Below are positions 27,360 through 38,406 of a DNA stretch of 64,000 bases, one piece after another. Source of the DNA: an uncultured delta proteobacterium (lineage in GTDB: Bacteria; Myxococcota_A; Polyangia; Polyangiales; Polyangiaceae); the NCBI GenBank assembly GCA_963696385.1, contig CAVOKF010000008.1:576001-640000 (forward strand), written 5' to 3'. The notes beneath the pieces were generated by a model. The model searched no databases, was not told the origin of the DNA, and was given only the letters and a program-made list of their open reading frames with translations. Position 1 is the stretch's first letter. Each line of letters starts with the position of its first letter. The translations under genes were made by a program, and so were the position numbers.

Positions 27360-29957
27360 ATGGAGGCAACGAGGCGCGGCTCGCACATCTCTTGGACTCG
27401 CACGCTCGGTTCGTGGCTCTTCGCCCTAGCGATCGCCGGTGGCGCGCTCGCCGCCGGCACCGTTCACACCATCACGCTCTGCATTCTGACCGGCGTTCTC
27501 GCGACGTCGGCGCTCCTGGTTTCGTGGACCGCCGAGCCCGGACGGCCGCGACGCGCGGCGACCCTTCTGCTCGTAACTTGCTGCGCGCTGACCGCGTACA
27601 CCGCGATTCAGTGCGTGCCGCTGCCCATCGCCTGGCTCGCAAGAATCGCTCCCCAAAACGCCGACGTCTGGTCGCGATCGCTGTCGCCCCTTCACGAGGT
27701 GGGCCCGAGCTGGGCACCCATTTCGGTCGATCCAACGGCCACTCGGATCGAGGTACTCAAGGGCATTGGCTATTTGCTGGCATTCCTTACGGCGACCGCT
27801 CTGGCCCGATCGCGCGCCGGGGTCGGGTTCCTGAGCCGGATCGTCGTCGTAACTGGGCTGACGCTCGCCATCGCGGCACTGCTCCACCCCGCATTTGGCG
27901 CCCACAGACTCTACGGAATTTGGGAGCCCAGGGCCCACAGTGAACTCTACCTGCGGCACCTGGCACCGCTATTGAATCCCAACAACCTCGCGGGTTACAC
28001 CAATATCGCATTGTGTTTGGCGATGGCGGCCGCGCTGGCGCCGGAGCCCTATTGGCCGCGGCCGCTCCTAGCGGCTGCAGCCATCGTCCTGGCAGGAACG
28101 CAGGTGTGGGTGGCGTCGCGCGGTGGGGTCGCGACGATGATGGTCGGCGCCACGTTGGTCGTCGCGCTTGCGCGCGGCGTCGGCTTGCGGAGCTTGCGGA
28201 AGAGAGCCGGTGTTTCCCTCGTGGCCGCCTTGGTCACAGCAGCGGGTGTCGTCATCGTTGTGCTGGTCGGGTCGGAGCGAGCGAACTCGGAGCTTTTCGA
28301 ACATGATCTTTCAAAGATTCAGCTCGTCGCACAGGCTCTAGGCATGCTGAGAGCGTATGGCCTGTGGGGAACAGGGCGCGGGGCTTTCGAGAGCGCATTT
28401 CCCGCGTTCCACCATCTTGGCGGGCTTTACTCTTGGTACGTCACGTTCACCCATCCCGAGAACGTCCTTGCGCAGTGGCTGGTCGAGTGGGGAGTACCGG
28501 TCGGCGGAGCGGCGCTCGTCGCGGTCGGGATTGCGCTACGGCCGAGCGCCGTGCTGGCTCGATCCACGACGGCCGCCGGGGCCTGGGCCGGGCTTGTGGC
28601 CTTTGGGCTTCAGAACCTGGCCGACCTGGGCACCGAGGTACCGGGCCTCATGCTTGCGCCGCTCGTATGCGCAGCCATCGTGGTGGGCGGCACGGCGGGT
28701 CAGGATCCCGCCTGGGCGGTCGAGCGGTGGGCGCGAACGCCCAGAACCATCGCGGTTGCAGGCGCGCTTGCCACGGTTTGCGCTTTGCTGGCCGTGGCGC
28801 GCGGCCTCGGCCGCGAACTGGACGACGACCGGCTCCGGCTGCGAAACGCGGCGCTTGAACAGCGTCTTGCCACGGGCGAGTTGGACGTGCTTGCGCGCGA
28901 AACGATGCTGCGTCACCCGGCAGAACCGTACTTGCCGTTTGTCGTGGCGGTAGGTCGCGTTTATTACGGACGCCACGGGCGCTCACCGCTTGCCTGGATC
29001 GAGGCGACACTGGAGCGGGCGAGCGTCTATGGGCCGGCGCATCTCGTGCTTGCGCATTGGCTGGCTCCGCGCCGACCGCCGCAAGCGCGTCTTGAGTACC
29101 GACTCGCCGTAGACGAGGCCAATGAACTCGTCTGGAGCGCGACGGGCGAGGGCGCTCCATTGGTGACGAACTACGACGACGCGATGGAGCTGGTCTCGGC
29201 AGCCGTCGCGGTCCAACACCTCGAGCTTCTGCGCGACGCTCTCGACGCGCGATTACCATCCACCGCGCAGCGATTGGACGAGGAGATCGTCCGCCGCGCA
29301 GCCGACGACCCCGGACCGATGGTTCGGTCCGCAAGAGCCGCGGTCGACGACCTTCGAGCGGGCCCGAGCGCGCCGTGGTGCGACGGACCCACTCGGCGGG
29401 GCGAGTGCGAGAGAACGGCGCTTCGCCAAGCCGACCGCGTCGAGCACCTTCAACCGAGTGCGTGCGAACCGCATCTGCTGCGCGCCCGTGCGCTGGTCGA
29501 GACCGGCAAGGGAGATCAGGGGCTCGGCGAGCTGGCAGCCGCGACCGCGTCGATTGCCGAGCGAAAGCCGTGCTTGCAAGCTCTGTTCGAAATGGCCCAA
29601 GAGGCCGGCAACGAACGCGTCGCGGCGCACGCGCTCGAGCGTCTCACCAACCTCGGCTGCGCTGACGATCTGGACTGCGCGGCCAACCTGACGTGGGTGG
29701 CCCAGGCCGAAGAGCACCGGGGCAATACGGGCAAGGCGCTGGCCCTCTACACACGCGCGTACGAGCGAAATCCAGACGGACCGACGGCCGACGGATCGTT
29801 GCAGAACATCGCGCGACTCGCCGCGGCGACCGGACTGCACGCGGTCGCAGCCGAGGACTACGAGAGGCTTGCCCGCAGGCACCCGACCGACGACCAATGG
29901 CGAAAGGCGGCCTCGGAACAGCGAGACCAAGCTATGGGAAAATCAGCGCCCCAATAG
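27360..29957 (+). CDS. O-antigen ligase/Wzy-like membrane protein with C-terminal TPR region
   Basis: Many TM segments; LNPNNLAGY, SRGG, GTGRGAF and HPEN..QWLVEWG motifs; TPR-like C-terminus. Confidence 0.82.
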   Translation: MEATRRGSHISWTRTLGSWLFALAIAGGALAAGTVHTITLCILTGVLATSALLVSWTAEPGRPRRAATLLLVTCCALTAYTAIQCVPLPIAWLARIAPQNADVWSRSLSPLHEVGPSWAPISVDPTATRIEVLKGIGYLLAFLTATALARSRAGVGFLSRIVVVTGLTLAIAALLHPAFGAHRLYGIWEPRAHSELYLRHLAPLLNPNNLAGYTNIALCLAMAAALAPEPYWPRPLLAAAAIVLAGTQVWVASRGGVATMMVGATLVVALARGVGLRSLRKRAGVSLVAALVTAAGVVIVVLVGSERANSELFEHDLSKIQLVAQALGMLRAYGLWGTGRGAFESAFPAFHHLGGLYSWYVTFTHPENVLAQWLVEWGVPVGGAALVAVGIALRPSAVLARSTTAAGAWAGLVAFGLQNLADLGTEVPGLMLAPLVCAAIVVGGTAGQDPAWAVERWARTPRTIAVAGALATVCALLAVARGLGRELDDDRLRLRNAALEQRLATGELDVLARETMLRHPAEPYLPFVVAVGRVYYGRHGRSPLAWIEATLERASVYGPAHLVLAHWLAPRRPPQARLEYRLAVDEANELVWSATGEGAPLVTNYDDAMELVSAAVAVQHLELLRDALDARLPSTAQRLDEEIVRRAADDPGPMVRSARAAVDDLRAGPSAPWCDGPTRRGECERTALRQADRVEHLQPSACEPHLLRARALVETGKGDQGLGELAAATASIAERKPCLQALFEMAQEAGNERVAAHALERLTNLGCADDLDCAANLTWVAQAEEHRGNTGKALALYTRAYERNPDGPTADGSLQNIARLAAATGLHAVAAEDYERLARRHPTDDQWRKAASEQRDQAMGKSAPQ

Positions 29958-29969
29958 AGCCAATTGTCC

Positions 29970-32234
29970 TTAGTTGGGTGGCGCGGCGCTCTGCCCCTCA
30001 ACAACCGGCGGGGCCGAACCCCCGGGGCCCCCTCTCGCATAATAGCCATCGCGCTTGTAATAGAAATAATAATAGTTGTATTCATGATGATTGATGTCAA
30101 CCGCATTGAGGACGGCCCCGACGACAGGTGCCTCGACGTCGCGCAGACTGCGAAGCCCCTGAGCGCTCAAGTATTTGCCCGTCTTGAACGCGCGTATCAC
30201 GAAGACGGCAGCATCGACCAGGGTCGAAATGATCGCCGAGTCAGTAACGGCGATGATGGGTGGACTGTCGATGATGATGCGATCGAAGCGATCCGAGAGG
30301 TCCCGGATGAAATTGCGGAAGCGCTCGGAATGGAGAAGATCGGCCGGATTCGGGGGTAGCGGGCCGGCCGGAATCGACCAAAGGTTGGGGATCGAGGTCG
30401 GCTTGGCGACTTCGTCGAGGGTCGCCTGCCCGACGAGGACGCTGGTGACGCCCGCGTCCCCCACCCGGTCGAAAATTCGATGCAAGCGCGGCCGACGTAA
30501 ATCGCAGTCGACAACGCAAACGCGCTGCCCACCTTGCGCGAACGCGATGGCGATGCTGCAGGCGACGGTCGTCTTACCTTCGGCAGGTGCCGCGCTCGAC
30601 ACGAGAATTTTCTTGAACGGTTTATCCGGATTCATGAACATCAAATTCGTCCGGATGGACCTGGCGGCCTCCGATACTCCGCTGAGCGGGCGGTGATGGA
30701 CGATGAGTTCCGGCGGACCGTTCGCACCCGTGTCGGTCGCTGAGTCGCGCCGGCGGCGCCGACGAGACGACCGACCTGCAACGTCGGCCGCCTGCACCTC
30801 GGGGAGCAAGCCGAGAAAGGTGAGGCCTAGCTTTTTTTCGACATCGTCCGGGGTCTTTATGGTGCTGTCCAACTGCTCTCGCAGCCACGCGACACCGAAC
30901 CCGAGCAAGAAACCCGCGATGAGACCGATGGCTACGTTCAGGGCAACACGAGGCCGGCTTGGCGCCCCCGGCACGACCGCTGACTCGACGACGCGCAGGT
31001 TGTTGGCGCGCATCATTCGAGCCAGATCCGTCTCCTTCATGCGGGAGAGCAGCACCCCAAAGAGCTTCTCGTTCTGCTCGCGCGCCCGGTCGAGACGGTG
31101 GAACTCAATCTCCTTCATGTTGAGATCGACGGCCTTTCGCCTGGCCTCGTTGAACAAAGCCGCCTCGTTCTCTTCCTGTCGCTCCACAACCCCCAAGTCG
31201 CGCGCGACGCCGGCCTTCGTATTTTCGATTTCGGCAAGCAACGCCACCTTGGCCTCTTCCATGCGATCCGTGGCTTCTTTTACGAGCGGATGGCTCTCGC
31301 CCTTACCCTGCGCCAGCAGTGCACCCCGCTGTTCTGCAAGGCTTCGATACTGACCTCGCAGGTTCTGCAGAAAGCCACTCGACAACAGCTCGGACGCCGG
31401 AACGGCATCCGGGTTGTCGCCCGTGACCTTCGCCAGTTCCGAAAGACGTGCTGCGAGCTCCGCCTTGCGGGTGCGCGTGTGGGTCAGTGCGGCGTCGTAG
31501 TCCTGCATCTCTTGACGCAGAAAATTCGAGGCCTCGTTGATCGACAGGCTCGGGAGATTGTTCTTTTCCTTAAACTCATAGAGCGCATTTTCGTCGCGCT
31601 CGAGTTCACCCTTAATGTGGCCAATTTGCCCATCGAGCCACACGACCGCATCGGAACTCGAATTGACCGCAGCCTGAAGGTTTTGATCGATGTACGCGCT
31701 CGCGATCGCGTCGCAAAGTTCCTTTGCGCGCTTCGGGTTTGGGTCGGACACTCGGATAAAGGCCAAGCGACTGTTCTTGACGGGGTCCACCGTCACGCGC
31801 GAACCGAGCAGAGCGGCCGCGGTTTCGATGGACACGGGCTTGGTCACAGGTCCTTTGATACCAAGAAAATCGTAATCCGATTGCAGCGCCAGAGCTTCGA
31901 CCGCAGCCTTCATGACTGGAGTGGACGTGATGATCCGAAACTGGGTCTGGTAATAACCTGTGATGTCTCCAAAAATCGCAGTGCCGAGATCGAGCGTTCC
32001 GGCCGCGTCGTTGAGCGGCTGATTAGCTCTTGGATCGATCTCGATGAGCGTCGACGCCTCGTAGATCTTCTGGACGGACTTCGAGTACAAAAGCGCCCCC
32101 GCCCCGCCAAGCACGAAGCATGCGACCACGATCGCCCAATGCTTGCGTATTGCCTTGAGGACCGAAAGGACACCGGCGACCGAAAGCTCGGTGCCGGACG
32201 GGCCCTCGACTGCTGTTGTACGTTCAACCGCCAT
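29970..32234 (-). CDS. wzc: Polysaccharide co-polymerase / BY-kinase (fused Wzc type)
   Basis: Two TM segments flanking a coiled-coil; EAARSIRTNL, Walker A PAEGKTT, VDCDLRRP, IIIDSPP; Tyr cluster YNYYYFYYKRDGYY. Confidence 0.92.
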   Translation of the reverse strand: MAVERTTAVEGPSGTELSVAGVLSVLKAIRKHWAIVVACFVLGGAGALLYSKSVQKIYEASTLIEIDPRANQPLNDAAGTLDLGTAIFGDITGYYQTQFRIITSTPVMKAAVEALALQSDYDFLGIKGPVTKPVSIETAAALLGSRVTVDPVKNSRLAFIRVSDPNPKRAKELCDAIASAYIDQNLQAAVNSSSDAVVWLDGQIGHIKGELERDENALYEFKEKNNLPSLSINEASNFLRQEMQDYDAALTHTRTRKAELAARLSELAKVTGDNPDAVPASELLSSGFLQNLRGQYRSLAEQRGALLAQGKGESHPLVKEATDRMEEAKVALLAEIENTKAGVARDLGVVERQEENEAALFNEARRKAVDLNMKEIEFHRLDRAREQNEKLFGVLLSRMKETDLARMMRANNLRVVESAVVPGAPSRPRVALNVAIGLIAGFLLGFGVAWLREQLDSTIKTPDDVEKKLGLTFLGLLPEVQAADVAGRSSRRRRRRDSATDTGANGPPELIVHHRPLSGVSEAARSIRTNLMFMNPDKPFKKILVSSAAPAEGKTTVACSIAIAFAQGGQRVCVVDCDLRRPRLHRIFDRVGDAGVTSVLVGQATLDEVAKPTSIPNLWSIPAGPLPPNPADLLHSERFRNFIRDLSDRFDRIIIDSPPIIAVTDSAIISTLVDAAVFVIRAFKTGKYLSAQGLRSLRDVEAPVVGAVLNAVDINHHEYNYYYFYYKRDGYYARGGPGGSAPPVVEGQSAAPPN

Positions 32235-32494
32235 TGTCAAAGCCGAAAGTGAATAGCACGGACGCGAGCGCCCGCGCGAACCTCGCGCGGTGCGCCGCGA
32301 CATGCGCGTCGCGGGCTGCGCGCAGAGTTTCGGTGCCCAGCCAGACGCGGAGATTCACCTGGAAGGCGTGACGCAACCTCGATGACGCCGGGCAGGCCGT
32401 GCGAGGGCGCCGTAACCGGCACTATCCCGGGTGCTTACTACCGCCGTTGCGGCTACGGTATGCGACGGGTATTAGGTGGCCCGGGCTTCAAGCG

Positions 32495-33649
32495 ATGACT
32501 GCGGCGTGGCACATCATAACTGGCGAATATCCGCCCGCGCTGGGTGGGGTTGCCGGGTACACCCGGTCCGTTGCCCGCGCCCTCGCTCGGGCCGGCGACG
32601 AGGTCCACGTCTGGACGCCTCGTTGCGCCGGGCACGAGGCGGACGACACCGGAGTGCGAATTCACCGTCTCGGGCGCGGCTACCAGGTGGGCGGGCTGCC
32701 GGAACTGACGCGCAGACTGGCGCGCGAACCGTCGCCGAAGCGTTTGCTCATTCAGTTCGTGCCGCAAGCCTTCGGCGTCAAGGGAATGAATGTGCCGTTC
32801 TGCGCCTGGGCACGGCGCATTCCGGATGCCGAGGTTTGGCTCATGTTTCACGAAGTCGCAACGCCCTGGGGATCCTGGTGGCATTGGAAGCGAAGTCTGG
32901 CGTCCGCAGTCGGTCGCCTCATGGTCCGACTCCTTCTCCGCCGTGCGGATCGTGTGTTCGTGTCGATCCCCCTATGGGAGAGCATGCTTCACGAGATCGC
33001 TCCGGAGTGGCACGGCCGAGCCACTTGGCTGCCGGTCCCCTCGAACGTGCCGACCAGCGCTCCGCTGGCGGACGTGCGTGCGGCGCGCACACGGTTGCCG
33101 CTCGCCAGCGGTGGAACCGTCGTCGGCCATTTCGGCTCCTACGGGACCCTGATTGCGCCGTTTGTCGAACGAGCCATCTGCGACTTGTTGCATCGAGACC
33201 CTCGCCGCGTCGCGCTGCTCATTGGTCGTGGAAGCGACGCGATGGCTGCGAGGCTTAGACGAGACGCACGCGCGGGCGACCGTGTTTTTGGCACGGGTTG
33301 CCTCGAACTCGCCGAGATTGCCGCGCATTTGTCGGCGTGTGACGTACTCGTTCAGCCGTATCCCGACGGCGTCAGCACTCGCCGAACGAGCCTCATGGCT
33401 GGGCTCGCTCTCGGTGTGCCGACAGTAACAAACGGAGGCTTCCTAACCGAATCTCTCTGGGCGTCGTCCGGTGCCGTGCAGCTTGTAGACTCGGTCGAAG
33501 AGCTCGCGCCGGCGGCTGCGGTCGTTCTAGCCGACCCGGACCTCGCGAGACACCTAGCGCTCCGCGCCCGCAAGTTGTACGAGCGTATGTTTGCGATCGA
33601 GGTCACGATCGATCGATTGCGTAGCGCACTCGGCCGTGAGGCCGCGTAA
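32495..33649 (+). CDS. Glycosyltransferase, GT4-like
   Basis: IITGEYPPALGGVAGY at the N-terminus; CDVLVQPYPDGVSTRRTSLMAGLALGVP. Confidence 0.85.
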   Translation: MTAAWHIITGEYPPALGGVAGYTRSVARALARAGDEVHVWTPRCAGHEADDTGVRIHRLGRGYQVGGLPELTRRLAREPSPKRLLIQFVPQAFGVKGMNVPFCAWARRIPDAEVWLMFHEVATPWGSWWHWKRSLASAVGRLMVRLLLRRADRVFVSIPLWESMLHEIAPEWHGRATWLPVPSNVPTSAPLADVRAARTRLPLASGGTVVGHFGSYGTLIAPFVERAICDLLHRDPRRVALLIGRGSDAMAARLRRDARAGDRVFGTGCLELAEIAAHLSACDVLVQPYPDGVSTRRTSLMAGLALGVPTVTNGGFLTESLWASSGAVQLVDSVEELAPAAAVVLADPDLARHLALRARKLYERMFAIEVTIDRLRSALGREAA

Positions 33650-33653
33650 CTGC

Positions 33654-34880
33654 ATGGACCGAGACGACCCCTTGGACATTGCCGTCGTCCGAGACTCACC
33701 TGACGAGAATTGGGCGGCCATGGACCTGGTTGGGGAGATGCTCGTCGATCAGTGGCGGGCGACTCCGGCCGAAGTTCACACTACTTGTTTCTCGCTCCGG
33801 ATCCCACCCGTTCTGCGGCGCTTCCCGGGCATGCATCAGAAGCGAGCCGCTCTCAACGCGGATCGCGCGCTCGTGCGTTATCTGGCGTATCCGCTTCGGG
33901 CGCTTGCTCTCCGCCGACCGTACCGGTTTTTTCATATCGTCGACCACTCGTACGCTCAGCTCGTTCATGTCTTGCCTTCGGCGAGAACAGGCGTCTACTG
34001 TCACGACACTGACGCATTCCAGATGCTTCTGGAGCCGGTCGCGAGCTCGCCCCGGATTCGGAAGCCGCTCGCTCGATGCATCGCGTGGGCGCTCATGCGA
34101 GGCCTTCAAGCGGCCAGGGTCGTCTTCTACAGCACACGCGCGGTCGGGAGTACTCTGGAGCAGTTGGTCCAGCCGGCGCGGCTGGTTCACGCTCCGTACG
34201 GAACCTCGCCGGAGTTCACTGCCCAGCAAGACCCGAACGACGGTGCGGACGAGGTCCTCTCGGTTCTGCAAGGGCGGCCATTCGTTTTGCACGTGGGAAG
34301 CAGCCTTCAGCGCAAGCGCCTGGACGTGCTCTTCGAAGTATTCGCCCGCGTTCGCGAGCTCCACCCCGATCTGCGTCTGGTGCAGCAAGGCGCCACGCTT
34401 TCCCCAGAGCAGCGCCAGCACGTCGCCAAGCTCGGGATCGTAGACGCGTTGTTTCAACCGCCGAAGCTCGGACGCCCGACCCTCGCAGGGCTCTATCGAC
34501 GCGCCAGCGTGGTGGTGGTTACCAGCGAAGCGGAAGGCTTCGGCATTCCGGTCATCGAGGCCATGGCTTGCGGCGCGACGGTCGTGGCGACCGACATCCC
34601 GGTGCTGCGGGAGGTAGGTGCCGGCGGCGCACTCTACGCCCCCTTGGCCGACATCAACGGCTGGACGGCACTCCTTGACGGCCTCTTGCGAGGCCAGGTC
34701 GAGGGCCCGTCCAAGGATCGCCGGCTCGAACGCGCCAAGAGCTTTTCGTGGGCCTGCCACGCACGGACGATTCTCGACGCTTACCGAAACATTGCGAAAT
34801 ACGGCGTTCCAAATGCCGAGACGAGTGCGGCATTTAGCACGCATTCCCGTCGACACCTCTCGGAAGAGGATGTAGCCTAG
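33654..34880 (+). CDS. Glycosyltransferase family 4
   Basis: SEAEGFGIPVIEAMACG (EX7E motif). Confidence 0.9.
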   Translation: MDRDDPLDIAVVRDSPDENWAAMDLVGEMLVDQWRATPAEVHTTCFSLRIPPVLRRFPGMHQKRAALNADRALVRYLAYPLRALALRRPYRFFHIVDHSYAQLVHVLPSARTGVYCHDTDAFQMLLEPVASSPRIRKPLARCIAWALMRGLQAARVVFYSTRAVGSTLEQLVQPARLVHAPYGTSPEFTAQQDPNDGADEVLSVLQGRPFVLHVGSSLQRKRLDVLFEVFARVRELHPDLRLVQQGATLSPEQRQHVAKLGIVDALFQPPKLGRPTLAGLYRRASVVVVTSEAEGFGIPVIEAMACGATVVATDIPVLREVGAGGALYAPLADINGWTALLDGLLRGQVEGPSKDRRLERAKSFSWACHARTILDAYRNIAKYGVPNAETSAAFSTHSRRHLSEEDVA

Positions 34881-34987
34881 CGACGTTAACTTCGAGCGAC
34901 ATGAGACGGTGTCCCTGAACGGTGAGGGGGGGCGGACGCAACGTAGGGAGAAGGTTTGATGGCCGGGGTCGGGAAAGCGAGTCAGCT

Positions 34988-36478
34988 TTGAGAAGCGCCG
35001 TCGCGACATTCGTTGTGGCCCTGATCGTTACCGCGCTGCTCACCCCGCTCGTCCGGCGAGCGGCGTTGGCCGCAGGCGCCGTCGATGAGCCGGGGGCTCG
35101 CAGAGTGCATTCGCTGCGCGTGCCACGGATGGGCGGAATAGCCATTGTGATCGGCTTTTTTCTGCCTCTCTTGGCGTTGCTTGCCCTACGCACCGGCGCC
35201 GGACTGGTGTTCTTTGGAACCAGCCGAATTGCGGTCGGGCTCATTGCAGGCGCCCTGCTCGTGGCAGGCATCGGACTGCTCGATGACGTTCGCGCGGTCG
35301 GTGCGAAAGCTAAACTGTGCGTACAGATTGTAGCGGCCACCGTCACCTTCGTATGCGGCATGCGCATCGATGCCATCGACTTGCCGTGGATCGGGGCCAT
35401 TCACCTGGGCTGGCTCGCGCTACCCACCACGATTGCGTGGGTAGTCGGTGTCATCAATGCCATGAATTTGATCGACGGGCTTGATGGCTTGGCGGCGGGG
35501 GTAGCGTTCTTTGCTTGTGTGACGAATTTCGTCATTGCGCTGCTCACCGGAAACGTCTTCATTCAGCTTATTACGGCGAGCCTCGCCGGCGCACTCATTG
35601 GTTTCTTGTTGCACAACTTCAACCCCGCTCGTATCTTCATGGGGGACTCGGGCAGCATGTTTCTCGGGTTTATCCTTGCGTCCGCCTCGCTTCTGGGTGC
35701 GGGTACGCAAAAGAGCCCCACGCTCATCGCCATCCTCGTGCCCCTGCTTGCGCTCGGCTTGCCCATTACTGATTTATTGCTGACGATCGTTCGCCGCTTC
35801 GTGGCGCGTCGCTCGTTGTTCTCTGCGGATCGCGGGCACATTCACCACCGTTTGCTGGATCTTGGCCTCACCCATCGACGCGCGGTGCTTTCGCTGTACA
35901 TCGTGAGCGTGACCTTCACGGTTCTCGCGTTCGTCGTGTACTTCGGCCGATCGTGGCAGATTGGGGCGGCGCTGTTCGCGCTTACTGCGGTTCTCGTGGG
36001 AATCGTCCGATTCGCGGGGTCCTTTAACTCGTCGCTGATTGCGCTCGGCCGCGCCTCGGGTGACGAGCTTGTAGAAACTCTTCGGATGTCTGTTCCGAAA
36101 GTGCTCCGGCGCCTCGGTGACGCTTGCCCCTGCTCCGAGGTTCCGGTGCTCCTCTCCGAGTTTGGCGAGGCGAGCGGTCTTCTCGCAATTGGGATTGTGA
36201 ACTCAACCCATCAGCAACTTCGCCACTGGCGGTGGGAGTCGCCGGGGGTCGAGCGTCGAGGCGCGCGCGACGCAGCATGCGCCAAGTTTGCGATCGCGCC
36301 GGAAGGCGTCGAGCTTCAGTTCTTTGCCGACACGGCCACTGGAACGATTGGGCCGCGTATGTGCGTTCTTCTGCAGCTCGTTGCGGATGGCGTCGAAACC
36401 GCTCTAAGCGCGGAGCGGCAATCGCCTCAACGCTCGGGGGTCACGCGCAGCGAACGGATCACCGAACACGGAGCATAG
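34988..36478 (+). CDS. Undecaprenyl-phosphate HexNAc-1-phosphate transferase (WecA/MraY-like)
   Basis: PRMGGIAI, GLLDD, NAMNLIDGLDGLA, NFNPARIFMGDSGS, DRGHIHHRL; extra soluble C-terminal domain. Confidence 0.92.
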   Translation: MRSAVATFVVALIVTALLTPLVRRAALAAGAVDEPGARRVHSLRVPRMGGIAIVIGFFLPLLALLALRTGAGLVFFGTSRIAVGLIAGALLVAGIGLLDDVRAVGAKAKLCVQIVAATVTFVCGMRIDAIDLPWIGAIHLGWLALPTTIAWVVGVINAMNLIDGLDGLAAGVAFFACVTNFVIALLTGNVFIQLITASLAGALIGFLLHNFNPARIFMGDSGSMFLGFILASASLLGAGTQKSPTLIAILVPLLALGLPITDLLLTIVRRFVARRSLFSADRGHIHHRLLDLGLTHRRAVLSLYIVSVTFTVLAFVVYFGRSWQIGAALFALTAVLVGIVRFAGSFNSSLIALGRASGDELVETLRMSVPKVLRRLGDACPCSEVPVLLSEFGEASGLLAIGIVNSTHQQLRHWRWESPGVERRGARDAACAKFAIAPEGVELQFFADTATGTIGPRMCVLLQLVADGVETALSAERQSPQRSGVTRSERITEHGA

Positions 36479-36486
36479 TCCTTCCG

Positions 36487-38406
36487 GTGTGCGGGATTGC
36501 TGGAACGCTCGGCCTATCCCGAGTCGCGGCGCAGGCGGCCCTAGATCGGATGCGACGGGCATTGCGCCATCGCGGCCCCGACGACGAGGGCATGGCATTC
36601 ATCGAGCGACCCGACGCAACTGCCCCTGTCGGCCTCACGCACACCCGGCTTGCGGTCATCGACATCACGGCAGCCGGCCATCAGCCGATGGAAAACGCCA
36701 CCGGCGACGCGCAAATCGTCTTCAACGGTGAAATTTATAACTACAAAGCGCTTCGTGATGATCTGATCAAGGCGGGCGCGCACTTCCGAACTCAAACGGA
36801 CACGGAGGTCATCCTTCACGCGTACGAGGCTTGGGGCGTTGACAGCGTTGAGCGACTGCGCGGCATGTTCGCATTCTGCCTCGTCGATCGTGCCAGGGGC
36901 CTGGTTTGGCTTTGCCGCGATCGACTCGGTCAAAAGCCTCTGTACATCGCGAGGCTAGGGCCAGCGGCGCTCCTTTTCGCGTCGGAAATACGCGCGGTGG
37001 TGGCCGCCGGACCCGACCTGGTCGCTCCCCGGGTCAACCGCGCCGCCATGGCCAGTTTTCTGGCCCAAGGCATGGTCTGCGGCACCAACACCATCATCGA
37101 TGGGGTCAAGATGCTCGCAGCAGGGACGTCGGTCGTATTCGATTTTTTGGGGAAGGAGGTCAAGACGGCAACGTATTGGCAAGTGCGCCGACAGGAGCAT
37201 CCTGCCGACGGGACCTACCAAAGCGCGATTCGTCAAGTGCGGGTCGCCCTCAATGACTCCGTCGAAGGGCATCTGGTCTCGGACGTACCCCTGGGCCTCT
37301 TCCTTTCCGGCGGCATCGACTCGACGGTGCTTGCCACGGTGGCGACGGAAATCAGCGCGCGCACGATCCATACGGTAACCATCGGGTTCGACGTCCCGAC
37401 TGCCGACGAAAGCGCGGACGCCGAGGCCATCGCCCGCGAACTCCGCACGGAACATATCACCGTGCACATGACCGGCGCAGAGATGCTTCAAGATATCGAC
37501 CACGTCTTTTCCGCGATGGACCAGCCAACGGTCGACGGCTTCAATGCGTACTTCGTCTCGCGCGCCGCGCGCCGGTCCGGCTTGACCGTCGCGCTAAGCG
37601 GTATCGGCGGTGACGAGCTTTTCGGGGGTTATGCGTCGTTTCGCGACGTGCCTCGAGCCATTCGAGCGTCGCGCATTGCGCAGCGGTTCGGCGCAGCCGT
37701 CCCCATCCTCGTACACGCAGCACGGTTGACGGGCGGCCGTAGGGGCATCAAAGCCGCTGAGACGATTTCCCGCGCGCCCGACACCCTGGGCGCCTATCTG
37801 CTGCGCCGGGAACTCTTTCTCGCCGCCGAGCGGTCGGAGCTCGGGGCAACCTCCGCTCGGACCAACCCCGAGACGGGCGTGCCGCTCGGGCTGCTGGAGG
37901 AGCTGCAGGTTCTCGTCGACAACGCGGACATAGCTGGCACCGTGTCGCGTCTGGAGCTCGCATTTTACATGCGCGACATGCTCTTGCGCGATGCCGACGT
38001 GTTCAGTATGGCATCGGGGCTGGAGGTCCGGGCACCGCTGCTCGACGATCGCATCGTCGATGTGGTCGGCCGCCTCCCCGGGCGGTGGAAAGCCATGAAA
38101 CCGTACCCCAAGGCGCTCCTTGTCGACGCCGCGGGCCCGCGCTTTCCTCGGCGCATTTTGGCCCGCAAGAAGCGGGGATTCTCCTTTCCCTGGGATACAT
38201 GGCTACGCGGCCCGCTGCGGGAACGCGCAGAATCGGCGCTCGCGAATGAGGCTGTTTGGACGGCTGTGGGGCTCAACGCCCACGTCCCGCGACAATTATG
38301 GGGCCGATTTTTGCGCCGGGATCCGCGGGTGGTGGCGCTGCAGATCATCGCGCTGTGGGTCCTTGCGGAGCACGCGTCGCGCGCAGGGCTGCGCGTCGCA
38401 GCATGA
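36487..38406 (+). CDS. asnB: Asparagine synthase-like glutamine amidotransferase (probably glycan amidation)
   Basis: (M)CGIAG, HRGPDD, FNGEIYN, LSGGIDS, LSGIGGDELFGGY, LEVRAPLLD; lies inside a glycosyltransferase operon. Confidence 0.9.
   Translation: MCGIAGTLGLSRVAAQAALDRMRRALRHRGPDDEGMAFIERPDATAPVGLTHTRLAVIDITAAGHQPMENATGDAQIVFNGEIYNYKALRDDLIKAGAHFRTQTDTEVILHAYEAWGVDSVERLRGMFAFCLVDRARGLVWLCRDRLGQKPLYIARLGPAALLFASEIRAVVAAGPDLVAPRVNRAAMASFLAQGMVCGTNTIIDGVKMLAAGTSVVFDFLGKEVKTATYWQVRRQEHPADGTYQSAIRQVRVALNDSVEGHLVSDVPLGLFLSGGIDSTVLATVATEISARTIHTVTIGFDVPTADESADAEAIARELRTEHITVHMTGAEMLQDIDHVFSAMDQPTVDGFNAYFVSRAARRSGLTVALSGIGGDELFGGYASFRDVPRAIRASRIAQRFGAAVPILVHAARLTGGRRGIKAAETISRAPDTLGAYLLRRELFLAAERSELGATSARTNPETGVPLGLLEELQVLVDNADIAGTVSRLELAFYMRDMLLRDADVFSMASGLEVRAPLLDDRIVDVVGRLPGRWKAMKPYPKALLVDAAGPRFPRRILARKKRGFSFPWDTWLRGPLRERAESALANEAVWTAVGLNAHVPRQLWGRFLRRDPRVVALQIIALWVLAEHASRAGLRVAA

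Noticed and set aside
36487..38406. AsnB-like protein as a lasso-peptide cyclase
   Set aside because: It has an intact N-terminal Cys glutaminase domain, sits in a GT operon, and has no lasso B/RRE or precursor genes.
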